From an uncultured Desulfuromonadales bacterium (lineage in GTDB: Bacteria > Desulfobacterota > Desulfuromonadia > Desulfuromonadales > CAZYXS01): a stretch of DNA of 45,383 nucleotides. This document shows positions 1-9,085 of the stretch, piece by piece. The DNA lies in the NCBI GenBank assembly GCA_964650955.1, contig CAZYXS010000005.1:1-45383 (forward strand), in the 5' to 3' direction. The notes below the pieces were generated by a model. That model worked only from the letters and a program-made list of their open reading frames with translations. It did no database searches and was not told the DNA's origin. The translations under genes and the position numbers were made by a program. The stretch's first letter is position 1, and the number at the start of each line of letters is the position of its first letter.

Positions 1-361
1 ACGATCGATATCTACCTACGCAACCCCGCGATTTAGACACGCTGCCAGCACTCAGTGGTTTCGCGCGGGGCGGAGTTCTTGATCAAAGAGCAAAAAACCC
101 TGCTGGATCTCGCAGAGCGGGAATGGCAAGCCGAGGCCATGCTTGAACAGGAACTAGAGAATTTGACCACACGCCAGGGGTCGGTGGCCCAGGAGGAACC
201 GGTGACTTATTGAAGAGGTTGTGCCAAGGACCCTGCTCCTGACCGTTGGAAGATTTCCTCTTTCCGGTCGCCAACCTCCCCAATGGAACCCCGTTTGGCG
301 TATTCTTGACTTGAGGCGTCACTACTGCGCCGCTGAATTCTGTCCAAATGGAGGTCTGTCC

Positions 362-808
362 ATGCCCGCCGGAAAAATTCGCCTTCATCGCGTGCTCCGG
401 GCCAGCCCGGAGAAAACCTATCGCGCTTTTTTGGATGCCGACGCCTTGGTCAAGTGGTTGCCGCCCTATGGCTTTACCTGCAGGGTGTCTCACCTGGATG
501 CCAGGGTCGGCGGCGGCTACCGGATGTCCTTTACCAATTTCACCACCGGGCAGACCCACTCCTTCGGCGGCAGCTACCACGAACTGGTGCCGTATGAGAA
601 GATTCGCTACTCGGACCGGTTCGACGATCCCGGCCTGCCCGGCGAGATGCAGGCGACCATCACCCTGCGAGCCGTTTCCTGCGGGACGGAGCTGACGATC
701 TTCCAGGACGGACTGCCGGAGGTCATTCCCGCCGAGATGTGCTACCTCGGTTGGCAGGAGTCTCTGGTTCAGTTGGCCAGCCTCGTGGAGCCTGATATCC
801 GGGAGTAA
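362..808 (+). CDS. SRPBCC-superfamily protein (AHSA1/activator-of-Hsp90-ATPase-homologue-like), about 148 aa
   Basis: Track ORF 221..808 trimmed to the in-frame ATG at 362 ([32 protein letters not shown]...). Size and sequence pattern are typical of AHSA1-type SRPBCC proteins. The antisense ORF 83..889 is low-complexity. Confidence 0.65.
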   Translation: MPAGKIRLHRVLRASPEKTYRAFLDADALVKWLPPYGFTCRVSHLDARVGGGYRMSFTNFTTGQTHSFGGSYHELVPYEKIRYSDRFDDPGLPGEMQATITLRAVSCGTELTIFQDGLPEVIPAEMCYLGWQESLVQLASLVEPDIRE

Positions 809-840
809 TCGGCCCAAAGCGAGAGGGAAAAGAGGTGTGT

Positions 841-1182
841 ATGGAAACTCTGGCGGCAAAGCACTGCGAAGTCTGCCGAAGTGGCGCACCCAGGGCGACG
901 GCGGCGGAGGTGGAAACCTACCGGGCGCAGATTCCCCATTGGCAGATCGAAACCGTCGAGGGGATAGAGCGTCTGAGCCGGATCTTCGTCTTCCGCGATT
1001 TTAGGGAGGCCCTGGTTTTCACCAACCGGGTTGGCGAACTGGCCGAAGCCGAAGGCCACCACCCGGCCCTGCTCACCGAATGGGGGAGGGTCAGGGTGCA
1101 GTGGTGGACCCACAAGATCAAAGGGCTGCATCGCAACGATTTCATCATGGCGGCCCGGACCGATGCCCTGACCGTGAAGTAA
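841..1182 (+). CDS. 4a-hydroxytetrahydrobiopterin (pterin-4-alpha-carbinolamine) dehydratase, PCD/DCoH family
   Basis: Track ORF 835..1182 with ATG at 841. Has the diagnostic PCD core [41 protein letters not shown]. Size is about 113 aa. Confidence 0.85.
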   Translation: METLAAKHCEVCRSGAPRATAAEVETYRAQIPHWQIETVEGIERLSRIFVFRDFREALVFTNRVGELAEAEGHHPALLTEWGRVRVQWWTHKIKGLHRNDFIMAARTDALTVK

Positions 1183-1295
1183 CCAGAAGAAGAGCGGGTG
1201 TCCCGAGGCTGTACCCCGAGGCTTGACTTTTGGCTTCCGGAATGCTAGATAGCTCGCTTCATGTCTGCATTCCAACCCACTGGAGGATACTCACC

Positions 1296-1709
1296 ATGGA
1301 AAGAACTTTCGCCATCATCAAGCCCGATGCCTTCAAAGCCGGTTATGCCGGCCGCATCCTGGCCCGCATCTACGCCGAAGGCTTCAAAGTCGTCGGTCTG
1401 AAGAAGCTCTACATGAGCAAAGTGGAGGCCGAGGGCTTTTACTATGTCCACAAGGAGCGCCCCTTCTTTGGCGAACTGACCGATTTCATGAGCAGCGGTC
1501 CCTGCATCGTGCTGGTGCTCGAAGCCGAAGGCGCCATCAAGAAATGGCGTGACCTGATGGGCGCCACCGACCCGGCCAAGGCCGAGGCGGGCACCCTGCG
1601 CAAGGAGTTCGGTGCCTCTATCGGCGAGAACGCCACCCACGGCTCCGATGCCCCCGAAACCGCCGCGTTCGAGATCCCCTACTTCTTCTCCGGCCTGGAA
1701 CTGCTCTAA
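1296..1709 (+). CDS. ndk: nucleoside diphosphate kinase
   Basis: ATG at 1296 is preceded by [18 protein letters not shown]..., [12 protein letters not shown] and NATHGSD (active-site His) are classic NDK motifs. 137 aa. Confidence 0.95.
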   Translation: MERTFAIIKPDAFKAGYAGRILARIYAEGFKVVGLKKLYMSKVEAEGFYYVHKERPFFGELTDFMSSGPCIVLVLEAEGAIKKWRDLMGATDPAKAEAGTLRKEFGASIGENATHGSDAPETAAFEIPYFFSGLELL

Positions 1710-1739
1710 GCCGGCGGAACTTTTGCCTTGTGCGACCCC

Positions 1740-1772
1740 AGCCCTTCGGGTACAATCCGAAGGGCTTTTTTT
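1740..1772 (+). terminator. intrinsic terminator after ndk
   Basis: Perfect 10-bp stem AGCCCTTCGG / CCGAAGGGCT with a 7-nt loop, followed by a T6-7 run. Confidence 0.8.
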
Positions 1773-1819
1773 CTTGTAAAATCAGCCAGAAAGATAATTT
1801 TGGAGAGGTTTGACCCGCG

Positions 1820-2890
1820 TTGTCCGAAGTATTGACCGACCTGAAAAACCTGACCCTCGACGGCCTGACCGAATTCTTCTCCGGGATGGGCAAGGAGCGC
1901 TTCCGCGCCGGCCAGCTGATGCGCTGGATCTATCGGCGGGGCGTCGTCGATTTCGAGCAAATGACCGATCTGTCAAAGGATTTGCGCCAGGAGCTGACCC
2001 GCCGGGCGCGCATTTCCGACTGGTTTCCGGAGGTGGTTGAGGTGAGCAGCGACGGTACCCGCAAGTACCTCTACCGCCTGGAGGATGGCCATACCGTGGA
2101 AACGGTGCGCATCCCCATGGAGGGGGAGCGGGCGACCCTGTGCATCTCCACCCAGGTCGGCTGCGCCATGCAGTGTTCCTTCTGCCTGACCGGCACCTTC
2201 GGCTTGCTGCGCAACCTGACCCCGGCGGAAATCGTCAACCAGGTCTGTGCGGCCATGAAGGACGGGCCGATCAACAACATCGTGCTGATGGGGATGGGGG
2301 AGCCGCTCCACAACCTGGAGAACGTGATCCAGGCGCTGCAGATTCTCTACGCCACGGAAGGGTTCGATTTCAGCCCCCGCAAGGTGACCCTTTCCACCTC
2401 CGGCCTGGTGCCGGAAATGGGCGCTTTGGGCCGGCGAATCCGCGTCAACCTGGCGGTTTCCCTCAACGCCACCACCGATGCGGTACGCAACGAGTTGATG
2501 CCCGTCAACCGTCGTTACCCCTTGAAGGAGCTGATGGCGGCCTGCCGAGCCTATCCCCTGGCGCCGCGGCAGCGCATCACTTTCGAGTACATTCTGATCC
2601 GCGACGTCAACGACAGTCTGGCCGACGCCAAGCGGCTGGTCGGGCTGCTGCACGGCATCGCCGCCAAGGTCAATCTGATCGCCTATAATGAGCACGAGGG
2701 GTCGGCCCTGCGCTCGCCGCTGCCCGAGCAGGTCCAGGCGTTCCAGGGCTATCTGCTGGAGCGCAACCTGGTGGCGGTGCTGCGGGCGAGCAAAGGGCGG
2801 GACATTTCCGCCGCCTGCGGTCAGCTCAAAGGGAAGCTCGAGCGGGCTCAGAGCAGGCTGCCCGCGCCGGAGGCCAAACCAAACCACTGA
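1820..2890 (+). CDS. rlmN: 23S rRNA/tRNA (adenine-C2)-methyltransferase, radical SAM
   Basis: TTG start with GGAGAGG upstream. Radical-SAM [11 protein letters not shown] motif, N-terminal [11 protein letters not shown] and C-terminal DISAACGQL are typical of RlmN. Confidence 0.92.
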   Translation: MSEVLTDLKNLTLDGLTEFFSGMGKERFRAGQLMRWIYRRGVVDFEQMTDLSKDLRQELTRRARISDWFPEVVEVSSDGTRKYLYRLEDGHTVETVRIPMEGERATLCISTQVGCAMQCSFCLTGTFGLLRNLTPAEIVNQVCAAMKDGPINNIVLMGMGEPLHNLENVIQALQILYATEGFDFSPRKVTLSTSGLVPEMGALGRRIRVNLAVSLNATTDAVRNELMPVNRRYPLKELMAACRAYPLAPRQRITFEYILIRDVNDSLADAKRLVGLLHGIAAKVNLIAYNEHEGSALRSPLPEQVQAFQGYLLERNLVAVLRASKGRDISAACGQLKGKLERAQSRLPAPEAKPNH

Positions 2891-2958
2891 TTCCGGGCGG
2901 GGGCTGCCTCCGCCGCAACCTGTTTCTCACCCCTATTTTTGTGCTGGAGGTTGTTTTC

Positions 2959-3822
2959 ATGTCCCAACCGGTTCTTGGCGTGATCGGCGGCAGCGGCTTG
3001 TATGAAATCGAAGGTCTGACCGATGTGCAGGAGGTCAGGCTTGATACCCCCTTTGGCGATCCCTCCGATCTGTTCATTACCGGGCAGTTGGGTGAGGTGA
3101 AGATGGTGTTTCTCCCCCGCCACGGCCGGGGGCACCGCTTTCTCCCCTCCGAGGTTCCCTACCGGGCCAACATCCACGGCATGAAGCAGCTGGGGGTGGA
3201 GCGCATCATCTCCGTCTCCGCCGTCGGCAGCATGAAAGAGGAGATCGTCCCGGGGCACATCGTCATCCCCGACCAGTTCTTCGACCGCACCCAGGGCAAG
3301 CGGGCCTCGACCTTTTTCGGCGAGGGGATCGTCGGGCATGTCCAGTTTGCCGATCCGGTCTGCTCAGACCTCTCCTCGGTGTTGTTCGAGTCGGCTCAAG
3401 AGGTGGGGGCGACGGTTCATCGGGGGGGGACCTACATCTGCATCGAGGGGCCCAATTTCTCCACCCGGGCCGAATCCAACATCTACCGCAGCTGGGGAGT
3501 GGACGTGATCGGCATGACCAATATCCCCGAAGCCCGGCTGGCCCGGGAGGCGGAGATCTGCTACGGCACCGTGGCCCTGGCCACCGATTACGACTGCTGG
3601 CACGCCGAGCATGAAGATGTCTCGGTGGAGGCCGTGATCGCCATCATCAAGCAGAACGTGGCCACCGCCCGCAACATCATCAAGGCGGCCGCCGCCCGAC
3701 TGGCTGTGCAGCGGGGCTGCGGTTGCGGCGAAGCGTTGAAGTTTGCCGTGATGACCCATAAGGAGTCGATCCCGGCGACCACCCGGCAGAAAATGGAGTT
3801 GCTGGTGGGCAAATACCTCTAA
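2959..3822 (+). CDS. mtnP: S-methyl-5'-thioadenosine phosphorylase (PNP/MTAP family)
   Basis: ATG at 2959 after GGAGG. GVIGGSGLY, FLPRHGRGH, VSAVGS and GMTNIPEARLAREAEICY match MTAP-type trimeric phosphorylases. Confidence 0.88.
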   Translation: MSQPVLGVIGGSGLYEIEGLTDVQEVRLDTPFGDPSDLFITGQLGEVKMVFLPRHGRGHRFLPSEVPYRANIHGMKQLGVERIISVSAVGSMKEEIVPGHIVIPDQFFDRTQGKRASTFFGEGIVGHVQFADPVCSDLSSVLFESAQEVGATVHRGGTYICIEGPNFSTRAESNIYRSWGVDVIGMTNIPEARLAREAEICYGTVALATDYDCWHAEHEDVSVEAVIAIIKQNVATARNIIKAAAARLAVQRGCGCGEALKFAVMTHKESIPATTRQKMELLVGKYL

Positions 3823-3906
3823 CCTCGCCGCACGCCAGGTTGCGCCCCGGGCAGGGGACGGTTAAACTTTTAGAAATATAATGGAAAAATTGGAAAGGTT
3901 TGTGCA

Positions 3907-4818
3907 ATGAGTTTGCTGGTTGTCGGTTCGGTGGCATTCGATTCGGTGGCGACCCCCTTTGGAGTCGTCGACCAGGTTCTGGGTGGTTCGGGGACCTATT
4001 TCTCCACCTCGGCCAGTTTCTTCACCGATGTGCAGTTGGTGGCGGTGGTCGGCGAGGACTTCCCGGCCGAGCATCGAACCTTCCTGCAGTCGCGTAACAT
4101 CGACCTGGCCGGGTTGCAGACCGCTCCCGGTGCCACGTTCCGCTGGAAGGGGCGGTACGGCTTCGACCTCAACGAGGCTCAGACCCTGGAAACCCACTTG
4201 AACGTCTTCCAGGATTTCCGCCCCGAGCTGCCAGAGGCCTATCGGGAAAGCGAATACGTATTCCTGGCCAACATCGACCCGGAGCTGCAACTGGAAGTGC
4301 TCAAACAGGTTCGCCGGCCGCAGCTGGTGGCCTGCGACACCATGAATTTCTGGATCGAAGGCAAACGCGAGGCCCTGCTGAGAACTCTGGGCCATGTGGA
4401 CATCCTGATCATCAACGAGGCGGAAACCCGGCAACTGGCCGGCGAGCCGAACATCCTCAAGGCCGCCCGGGCGGTGCTGGCCATGGGGCCGAAGACCATC
4501 GTCATCAAGCGAGGCGAGTACGGGGTACTGCTGGTGAGCGAGCACACCATTTTCAGTGCCCCGGCCTATCCGCTGGAATCGGTGTTCGACCCCACCGGGG
4601 CGGGGGATACCTTTGCCGGGGGCTTCATGGGCTATCTGGCCGCCACGCGCAACCTGTCGGAGTCTTCCATTCGCAAGGCTACGGTCTTCGGCAGTGTCAT
4701 GGCGTCCTTCGTGGTGGAGAATTTCAGCCTCGAACGGATGAGAAACCTGATCAACGAAGATATTTCCGAACGCTATCGCAAGGTCAAGCTGTTGACGGAG
4801 TTCTCCGGACTGGACTGA
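3907..4818 (+). CDS. PfkB/ribokinase-family kinase, substrate unknown
   Basis: 303-aa ORF with GGAAAGG upstream. C-terminal DPTGAGDTFAGGF anion-hole motif of the PfkB family. Confidence 0.8.
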   Translation: MSLLVVGSVAFDSVATPFGVVDQVLGGSGTYFSTSASFFTDVQLVAVVGEDFPAEHRTFLQSRNIDLAGLQTAPGATFRWKGRYGFDLNEAQTLETHLNVFQDFRPELPEAYRESEYVFLANIDPELQLEVLKQVRRPQLVACDTMNFWIEGKREALLRTLGHVDILIINEAETRQLAGEPNILKAARAVLAMGPKTIVIKRGEYGVLLVSEHTIFSAPAYPLESVFDPTGAGDTFAGGFMGYLAATRNLSESSIRKATVFGSVMASFVVENFSLERMRNLINEDISERYRKVKLLTEFSGLD

Positions 4819-4849
4819 GCGGGGGCCAAGGTCGGCAAGGGGAGGCAGC

Positions 4850-5413
4850 ATGTTCTTCCTGGAAAAAGGGCTCGAGCGGCTGGACATCGCCGTGGAACAG
4901 GTGGTCGGATTGCAACGGTCCCTGGGGGACGCGACGGTCGCACTCCCGGGATTCCCGACTCAGCGTACCACCGCCTACCTCTGCGCCTACCGCAGTGGCA
5001 AGGGGGTGCGCATTGCCGTGGGGCTGCACTTGAAAAGCAGTGGACGGCTGGCCTTCTACCTCAACGAAGAAGGGGAGGTCGGCAAACGCCAGGCCCAGCG
5101 GATCCTCGATTCCGCCATCTATTTCGCAGAATCCATGGGGTTCATGCTCAACGACATGGAAATCGAGCGGCTGCCCGCCGAGGAGCGTGCTTCCCTCTGG
5201 CTGGCCCTGCCCTTGGCCAAGGGGGCACCCCCGCCGCTGCCGGAAACCTCTCCGACCCCCATGGGAACAGCCCCGGTGGGGGATAGCTGGGCAGCTCCCG
5301 CGGAGCGCAGGACGGCCCCGGGGAGCCGCCTGATCCCGCCGACATCGGGAGACCTTGAGGCAGGCCGGCAGAAGGTATTGGAATCTCTTGGCCGTTTTCT
5401 GGCCTCACTGTAA
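4850..5413 (+). CDS. hypothetical protein with a folded N-terminal half, a Pro-rich linker and a short C-terminal helix
   Basis: 187-aa ORF with a GGGGAGG RBS 5 nt upstream of the ATG. It sits 12 nt upstream of the next gene. No family recognised by eye. Confidence 0.55.
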   Translation: MFFLEKGLERLDIAVEQVVGLQRSLGDATVALPGFPTQRTTAYLCAYRSGKGVRIAVGLHLKSSGRLAFYLNEEGEVGKRQAQRILDSAIYFAESMGFMLNDMEIERLPAEERASLWLALPLAKGAPPPLPETSPTPMGTAPVGDSWAAPAERRTAPGSRLIPPTSGDLEAGRQKVLESLGRFLASL

Positions 5414-5425
5414 GGAGCGTGTGAC

Positions 5426-6172
5426 GTGAAAAGCCTGGTCTGGAGTCTAGCGGTGCTGCTCTGCCTGTCCATGCTGGGCTGCGGCGGGGCACGAAAAAGC
5501 AGCAATGTCGGGCAGGTTCACTATATTCTCGGGCTATCCTACCTGAAGGAGCAGAACGTCACCCTGGCCCTCAAGGAGTTCATGCTGGCCGAGGAAGTGG
5601 ACCCCCAAAATGCCGATATCCAAGCCAGCCTGGGGCAGGCCTATCAGCTGAAAAAGGCTTACGAACTGGCGGAGAAACACTATCAGCGGGCCCTGCGGCT
5701 GCGGCCCAATGACCCGCGGTTGCAGAACAACCTGGCATCCCTTTACCTCGATATGCGGCGTTGGGATGAGGCCGGGCGGCTTTTTCAGTCGGCGGCTTCG
5801 AACCTGCTGTTTACCAACCCGGAGGTCGCCCTGACGGGTCTGGGGGTGACCCACTACCACCAGGGGCGCTTTCATGAGGCCATCGCCGCCTACAAGCAGG
5901 CCCTGACCCAGGAGCCCCGCTATGTTCAAGCCCATTACCGTCTCGGTGAAGCCTACTATGCTCTCGACAAAATCGACCTGGCCCTTTCCGCTTTCCAGCA
6001 GGCCCTGGGGCTGGCTCCGACGGAGGCGCAGATCCACTATCAACTCGGGCTCTGCCATATGAAAAGGAACGACAAGGCCAGGGCGGTGGAGGCCTTTGCT
6101 GAAACGATCCGCCTGGCGCCCGGTGCGGAAACTGCCCGGCTGGCTGCCGACTATCTCAAACTGCTGCAATGA
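5426..6172 (+). CDS. TPR-repeat lipoprotein, PilF/PilW-like
   Basis: GTG start. Signal peptide plus lipobox (LSMLGCGG). Multiple TPR repeats (A..YQ.AL.L.P). Sits at the position pilF/pilW occupies in the ndk-rlmN-pilF-rodZ arrangement of gammaproteobacteria. Confidence 0.72.
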   Translation: MKSLVWSLAVLLCLSMLGCGGARKSSNVGQVHYILGLSYLKEQNVTLALKEFMLAEEVDPQNADIQASLGQAYQLKKAYELAEKHYQRALRLRPNDPRLQNNLASLYLDMRRWDEAGRLFQSAASNLLFTNPEVALTGLGVTHYHQGRFHEAIAAYKQALTQEPRYVQAHYRLGEAYYALDKIDLALSAFQQALGLAPTEAQIHYQLGLCHMKRNDKARAVEAFAETIRLAPGAETARLAADYLKLLQ

Positions 6173-7089
6173 CCGTCCCTATGACCGATACCAACGAGAC
6201 ATCCATTGGCGCCCGCTTACGGGCCCGTCGCGAGGAACTGGATATCAGCCTGGACCAGGTCGTGGCCCGGACCCGTATTCGCCGGGTGTACCTCGAAGCC
6301 CTGGAGGGAGAGCGCTTCGACGAATTCCCCGGGGAGGCCTACCTTAAGGGGTACCTCAAGGGGTACGCCGAAAGCCTCGGCCTCGACCCGCAACCGCTGC
6401 TGGCGGAGTTGGCCAGGCAGAAACCTTCCTTGGCACCTCCGCTGGCTGTGGAATCCTTGCCGGATACCTCGGCGGGGGACTCGGGGACTGTTCCCCGGGC
6501 CCGCCGTTCTGGGGGTGGCATGATGCTGTTGGCCGCAGTGGTGGTGCTGGCCCTGGCGGGGGCCGCCTGGTGGCTCAACAAGGGCGGCACCGCAACGCCC
6601 GAGGGGGAACGGGCGGCACCCGTGGCCCCGACCCCTTCGCCCCAGACAACCGGACCCGACAACCCGACAGTCCCCCCGGTTCCAGCCGATGCGGCCAAGG
6701 TCGAACCTGGCCCGGTTGAGGGGAACCCGGGGCCGGCTCAGCCCGGCCAGTCGACGGAGGCTTCCCCTCCACCTGCCACTGCTTTGGCGGATCCTCCCCC
6801 TTTGCAAGATGTGGCGGCGGCCGACGCGGGTCTGCCCGGAGCCAGTGCGGCCGGGGTGCTGAGGCTGCAGGCCAATGGTCCCGGGCAATTGGAATTGACC
6901 ATCGACGGTCGGCCCGCGCAACGCTACAGTTTGCAGGCCAATACCATCCTCAGTTGGAAAATTGGCCGCTCGGCCCGGATTTACGTGGATAATCCGGGAA
7001 ATGTAAGGCTTTGGCTGGGGGGGAATCCGGTCGATATGGCCGGCCTCAACCAGATTGTTCTCGAACCGGGGGAGGAGTCCGCACGATGA
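6169..7089 (+). CDS. rodZ: RodZ-like cytoskeleton protein (N-terminal HTH, TM segment, Pro/Ala-rich linker, C-terminal DUF4115-like domain)
   Basis: ATGA start/stop overlap with the TPR gene. HTH IGARLRARREELDISLDQVVARTRIRRVYLEALE, TM MMLLAAVVVLALAGAAWW and the conserved C-terminal beta domain. Confidence 0.68.
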   Translation: MTVPMTDTNETSIGARLRARREELDISLDQVVARTRIRRVYLEALEGERFDEFPGEAYLKGYLKGYAESLGLDPQPLLAELARQKPSLAPPLAVESLPDTSAGDSGTVPRARRSGGGMMLLAAVVVLALAGAAWWLNKGGTATPEGERAAPVAPTPSPQTTGPDNPTVPPVPADAAKVEPGPVEGNPGPAQPGQSTEASPPPATALADPPPLQDVAAADAGLPGASAAGVLRLQANGPGQLELTIDGRPAQRYSLQANTILSWKIGRSARIYVDNPGNVRLWLGGNPVDMAGLNQIVLEPGEESAR

Positions 7090-7709
7090 GAATACAATGC
7101 CCCGAATGCGAATCGGCTTATCGTATCGACCCTGGCCGCCTCAAACCGGGAACTGGCCGGTTCAAGGCCCGCTGCCCCCGCTGCAACGCCGTGTTCAGCG
7201 TCGCCCTGCCCGCGGATAATTCGACACCTGAACAGCGCCCGGTCGCTCCTCCACCCCCCGTTGCGCCCCAGGTGCCGTTCCCAGGGACAGGGGTGCCGGT
7301 TTCTGCAACGGCCAAGGGAGCCGATTCCAAAATCGGCACCAAGCGGGTTCTGGTCGTGGACGATTCCAAATTTTTCCGGGAACTGATCGTCGACGTCTTG
7401 CAGCCCCTGGCCCTGGAATTCTGCCTTGCCGGAGACGGCGTGGAGGCGCTGGAGGAACTGCGCAAGGGCCCCTTTGACCTGGTCATGCTCGACCTCAACC
7501 TGCCCCGCCTCAATGGCTATGAGCTGATCAGCGCCATTCGCAACGATGCCGCTCTGAAAACCACGACCCTGCTGGCCATGAGCGGCGTGTTCCGCAAGGA
7601 AACCGATGTCGCCCGAGTGGTGCAGGCCGGTGCCGATGATTTCATCAACAAATCCTTCAAGCCGGAGCAGCTTCAGGAGCGGGTACGCAACCTGCTCAGG
7701 GGTCGCTGA
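7086..7709 (+). CDS. MJ0042-type zinc-ribbon protein fused to a response-regulator receiver domain
   Basis: ATG at 7086 overlaps the rodZ stop (ATGA). N-terminus MRIQCPECESAY...ARCPRCNAVFSV (CxxC...CxxC). The REC domain has DD, the phospho-acceptor Asp in VMLDLNLP, S and K. Confidence 0.75.
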   Translation: MRIQCPECESAYRIDPGRLKPGTGRFKARCPRCNAVFSVALPADNSTPEQRPVAPPPPVAPQVPFPGTGVPVSATAKGADSKIGTKRVLVVDDSKFFRELIVDVLQPLALEFCLAGDGVEALEELRKGPFDLVMLDLNLPRLNGYELISAIRNDAALKTTTLLAMSGVFRKETDVARVVQAGADDFINKSFKPEQLQERVRNLLRGR

Positions 7710-8531
7710 GTGCCGGATGATCTCACCGCCCTGCAAGACGCCGTACGGGAACGGACTGGCGTCGAACCTCCGGCCCTGGCCATCGTACTCGGCTCCGGGC
7801 TGGGTCCCTTGGTCGATCATCTGGAGGACCCGGCCAGCTTCGATTATGGGGATTTCCCCTGTTTTCCCCCCTTGCAGATCGCTGGCCATCGAGGCAGGCT
7901 GGTATGGGGCCGACTCGACGGAGTGCGGGTGCTGGTCTTCCAGGGGCGGTTTCATTGCTACCAGGGGCTCAGCGCCCGCCAGGCGGCCCTGCCGGCGCGG
8001 GTCGCCCAGGCCCTTGGGGCGCCTCGCCTGCTGCTGACCAATGCCGTCGGCGGCATCAACCCAGCCTATCGCACCGGCGATTTCGTGTATGTGGCGGACC
8101 ACCTCAATTTCCTGGGTGATAATCCCCTGAAGGGGGAAACCGCCAACCCTTTTGTCGACCTCGGCACCCTGTATCGCCAGCAGTATCACGCGCCCCTGGC
8201 CGAATGGGCCGCGACCGAGGGGCTACGGCTGCACCGGGGGGTGCTGGCCGTCATGCCCGGGCCCTCCTATGAGACTCCGGCGGAAATCCGGGCCCTCGGA
8301 CGGGTGGGGGCCGACGTCGTCGGCATGTCCACGGTTCCCGAAGCTATTCTTGGCCATTTCCTTGGTCTGGAGGTGGTGGCCCTCTCCTTTGTTGCCAATG
8401 CCGCCGCCGGGCTCTCTCCCGCGGAACTTTCCCACAGCGAAGTGCTGGCCGCGGCCGCAGCCCAGTCGGACGCCTTCTGCCGCTTGGTGCGGCAGCTCTG
8501 TTCCCTCTGGGTTTCCTCCCCCCGGCCCTGA
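7710..8531 (+). CDS. purine nucleoside phosphorylase (trimeric PNP family, PunA-like)
   Basis: GTG start directly abuts the previous stop. VLGSGLG, HRGRLVWG, TNAVGGIN, PGPSYETPAE and GMSTVPE motifs. Confidence 0.85.
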   Translation: MPDDLTALQDAVRERTGVEPPALAIVLGSGLGPLVDHLEDPASFDYGDFPCFPPLQIAGHRGRLVWGRLDGVRVLVFQGRFHCYQGLSARQAALPARVAQALGAPRLLLTNAVGGINPAYRTGDFVYVADHLNFLGDNPLKGETANPFVDLGTLYRQQYHAPLAEWAATEGLRLHRGVLAVMPGPSYETPAEIRALGRVGADVVGMSTVPEAILGHFLGLEVVALSFVANAAAGLSPAELSHSEVLAAAAAQSDAFCRLVRQLCSLWVSSPRP

Positions 8532-8609
8532 CTGGCACCAGGGTTTCCGGTCAACTCACTCGTTCGAAAATCAGTAATGAAATCTTGCCGTTCCGGACTC
8601 TGGCCGGGC

Positions 8610-8637
8610 TTGACAGGGCAGGGGTCGGTGCTAGACT
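8610..8637 (+). promoter_or_regulatory. candidate sigma-70 promoter for the receiver-usp genes
   Basis: TTGACA (8610-8615), 16-nt spacer, TAGACT (8632-8637). Lies about 20 nt upstream of the CDS. Confidence 0.4.
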
Positions 8638-8656
8638 TTGAAAAAACTAGAGCGAG

Positions 8657-9073
8657 GTGTGCTTGGGCCAGGTGATAGAGAGTATCTTGATCGTCGACGA
8701 TGAGGAAAACGCCCGTCTTGGTCTGAGCAAATTGCTCGCCCATGAGGGGTACCAAGTCTCCAGCGCTGCCAATGGCCAGGAGGCGCTGGAGTTCCTGAGG
8801 CGAGCCAAGGTGCACCTCGTGATCAGCGACATCAATATGCCCGGAATGAACGGCCTGTTGTTTCTGCGGGAATTGAGCCGAAATTTCCCCTCCCTGCACG
8901 TCATCATGATGACGGCCTACGGGGGGGTGGAATCCTACCTCGAGGCGATGAACTACGGTGCCTTTGAATATCTGCACAAGCCGGTGAAACTGGAAGAACT
9001 CAAGTCGGTGTTGCGCAAACTGGCAAGCGGAGGGGGCAGCGAGGTTTTGCCCGTATCCAAAAACCTTCAATGA
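8657..9073 (+). CDS. single-domain response regulator (CheY-like receiver)
   Basis: ILIVDDEENAR, LVISDINMPGMNG, MMTAYG and YLHKP motifs. Start could be GTG 8657 or GTG 8672. Confidence 0.8.
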   Translation: MCLGQVIESILIVDDEENARLGLSKLLAHEGYQVSSAANGQEALEFLRRAKVHLVISDINMPGMNGLLFLRELSRNFPSLHVIMMTAYGGVESYLEAMNYGAFEYLHKPVKLEELKSVLRKLASGGGSEVLPVSKNLQ

Positions 9074-9085
9074 TCGGGGGAGCCT

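Noticed and set aside
55-213. 52-codon GTG-initiated ORF with coiled-coil-like sequence (LIKEQKTLLDLAEREWQAEAMLEQELENL), or the 3' end of a truncated upstream gene.
   Set aside because: It lies at the window edge with no clear RBS. A stop at 34-36 in the same frame prevents linking it to an upstream CDS. There is not enough evidence to call it.
6981-8189. 402-aa minus-strand ORF opposite the zinc-ribbon-REC and PNP genes.
   Set aside because: It is a shadow ORF. The plus-strand genes are translationally coupled and rich in motifs.
8533-8548. Sigma-54-like TGGCAC-N5-TTTCC just after the PNP stop.
   Set aside because: The -12 element lacks the conserved GC dinucleotide (TTTC instead of TTGC). 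A sigma-70-like promoter lies closer to the downstream gene. It is kept only as a weak possibility.
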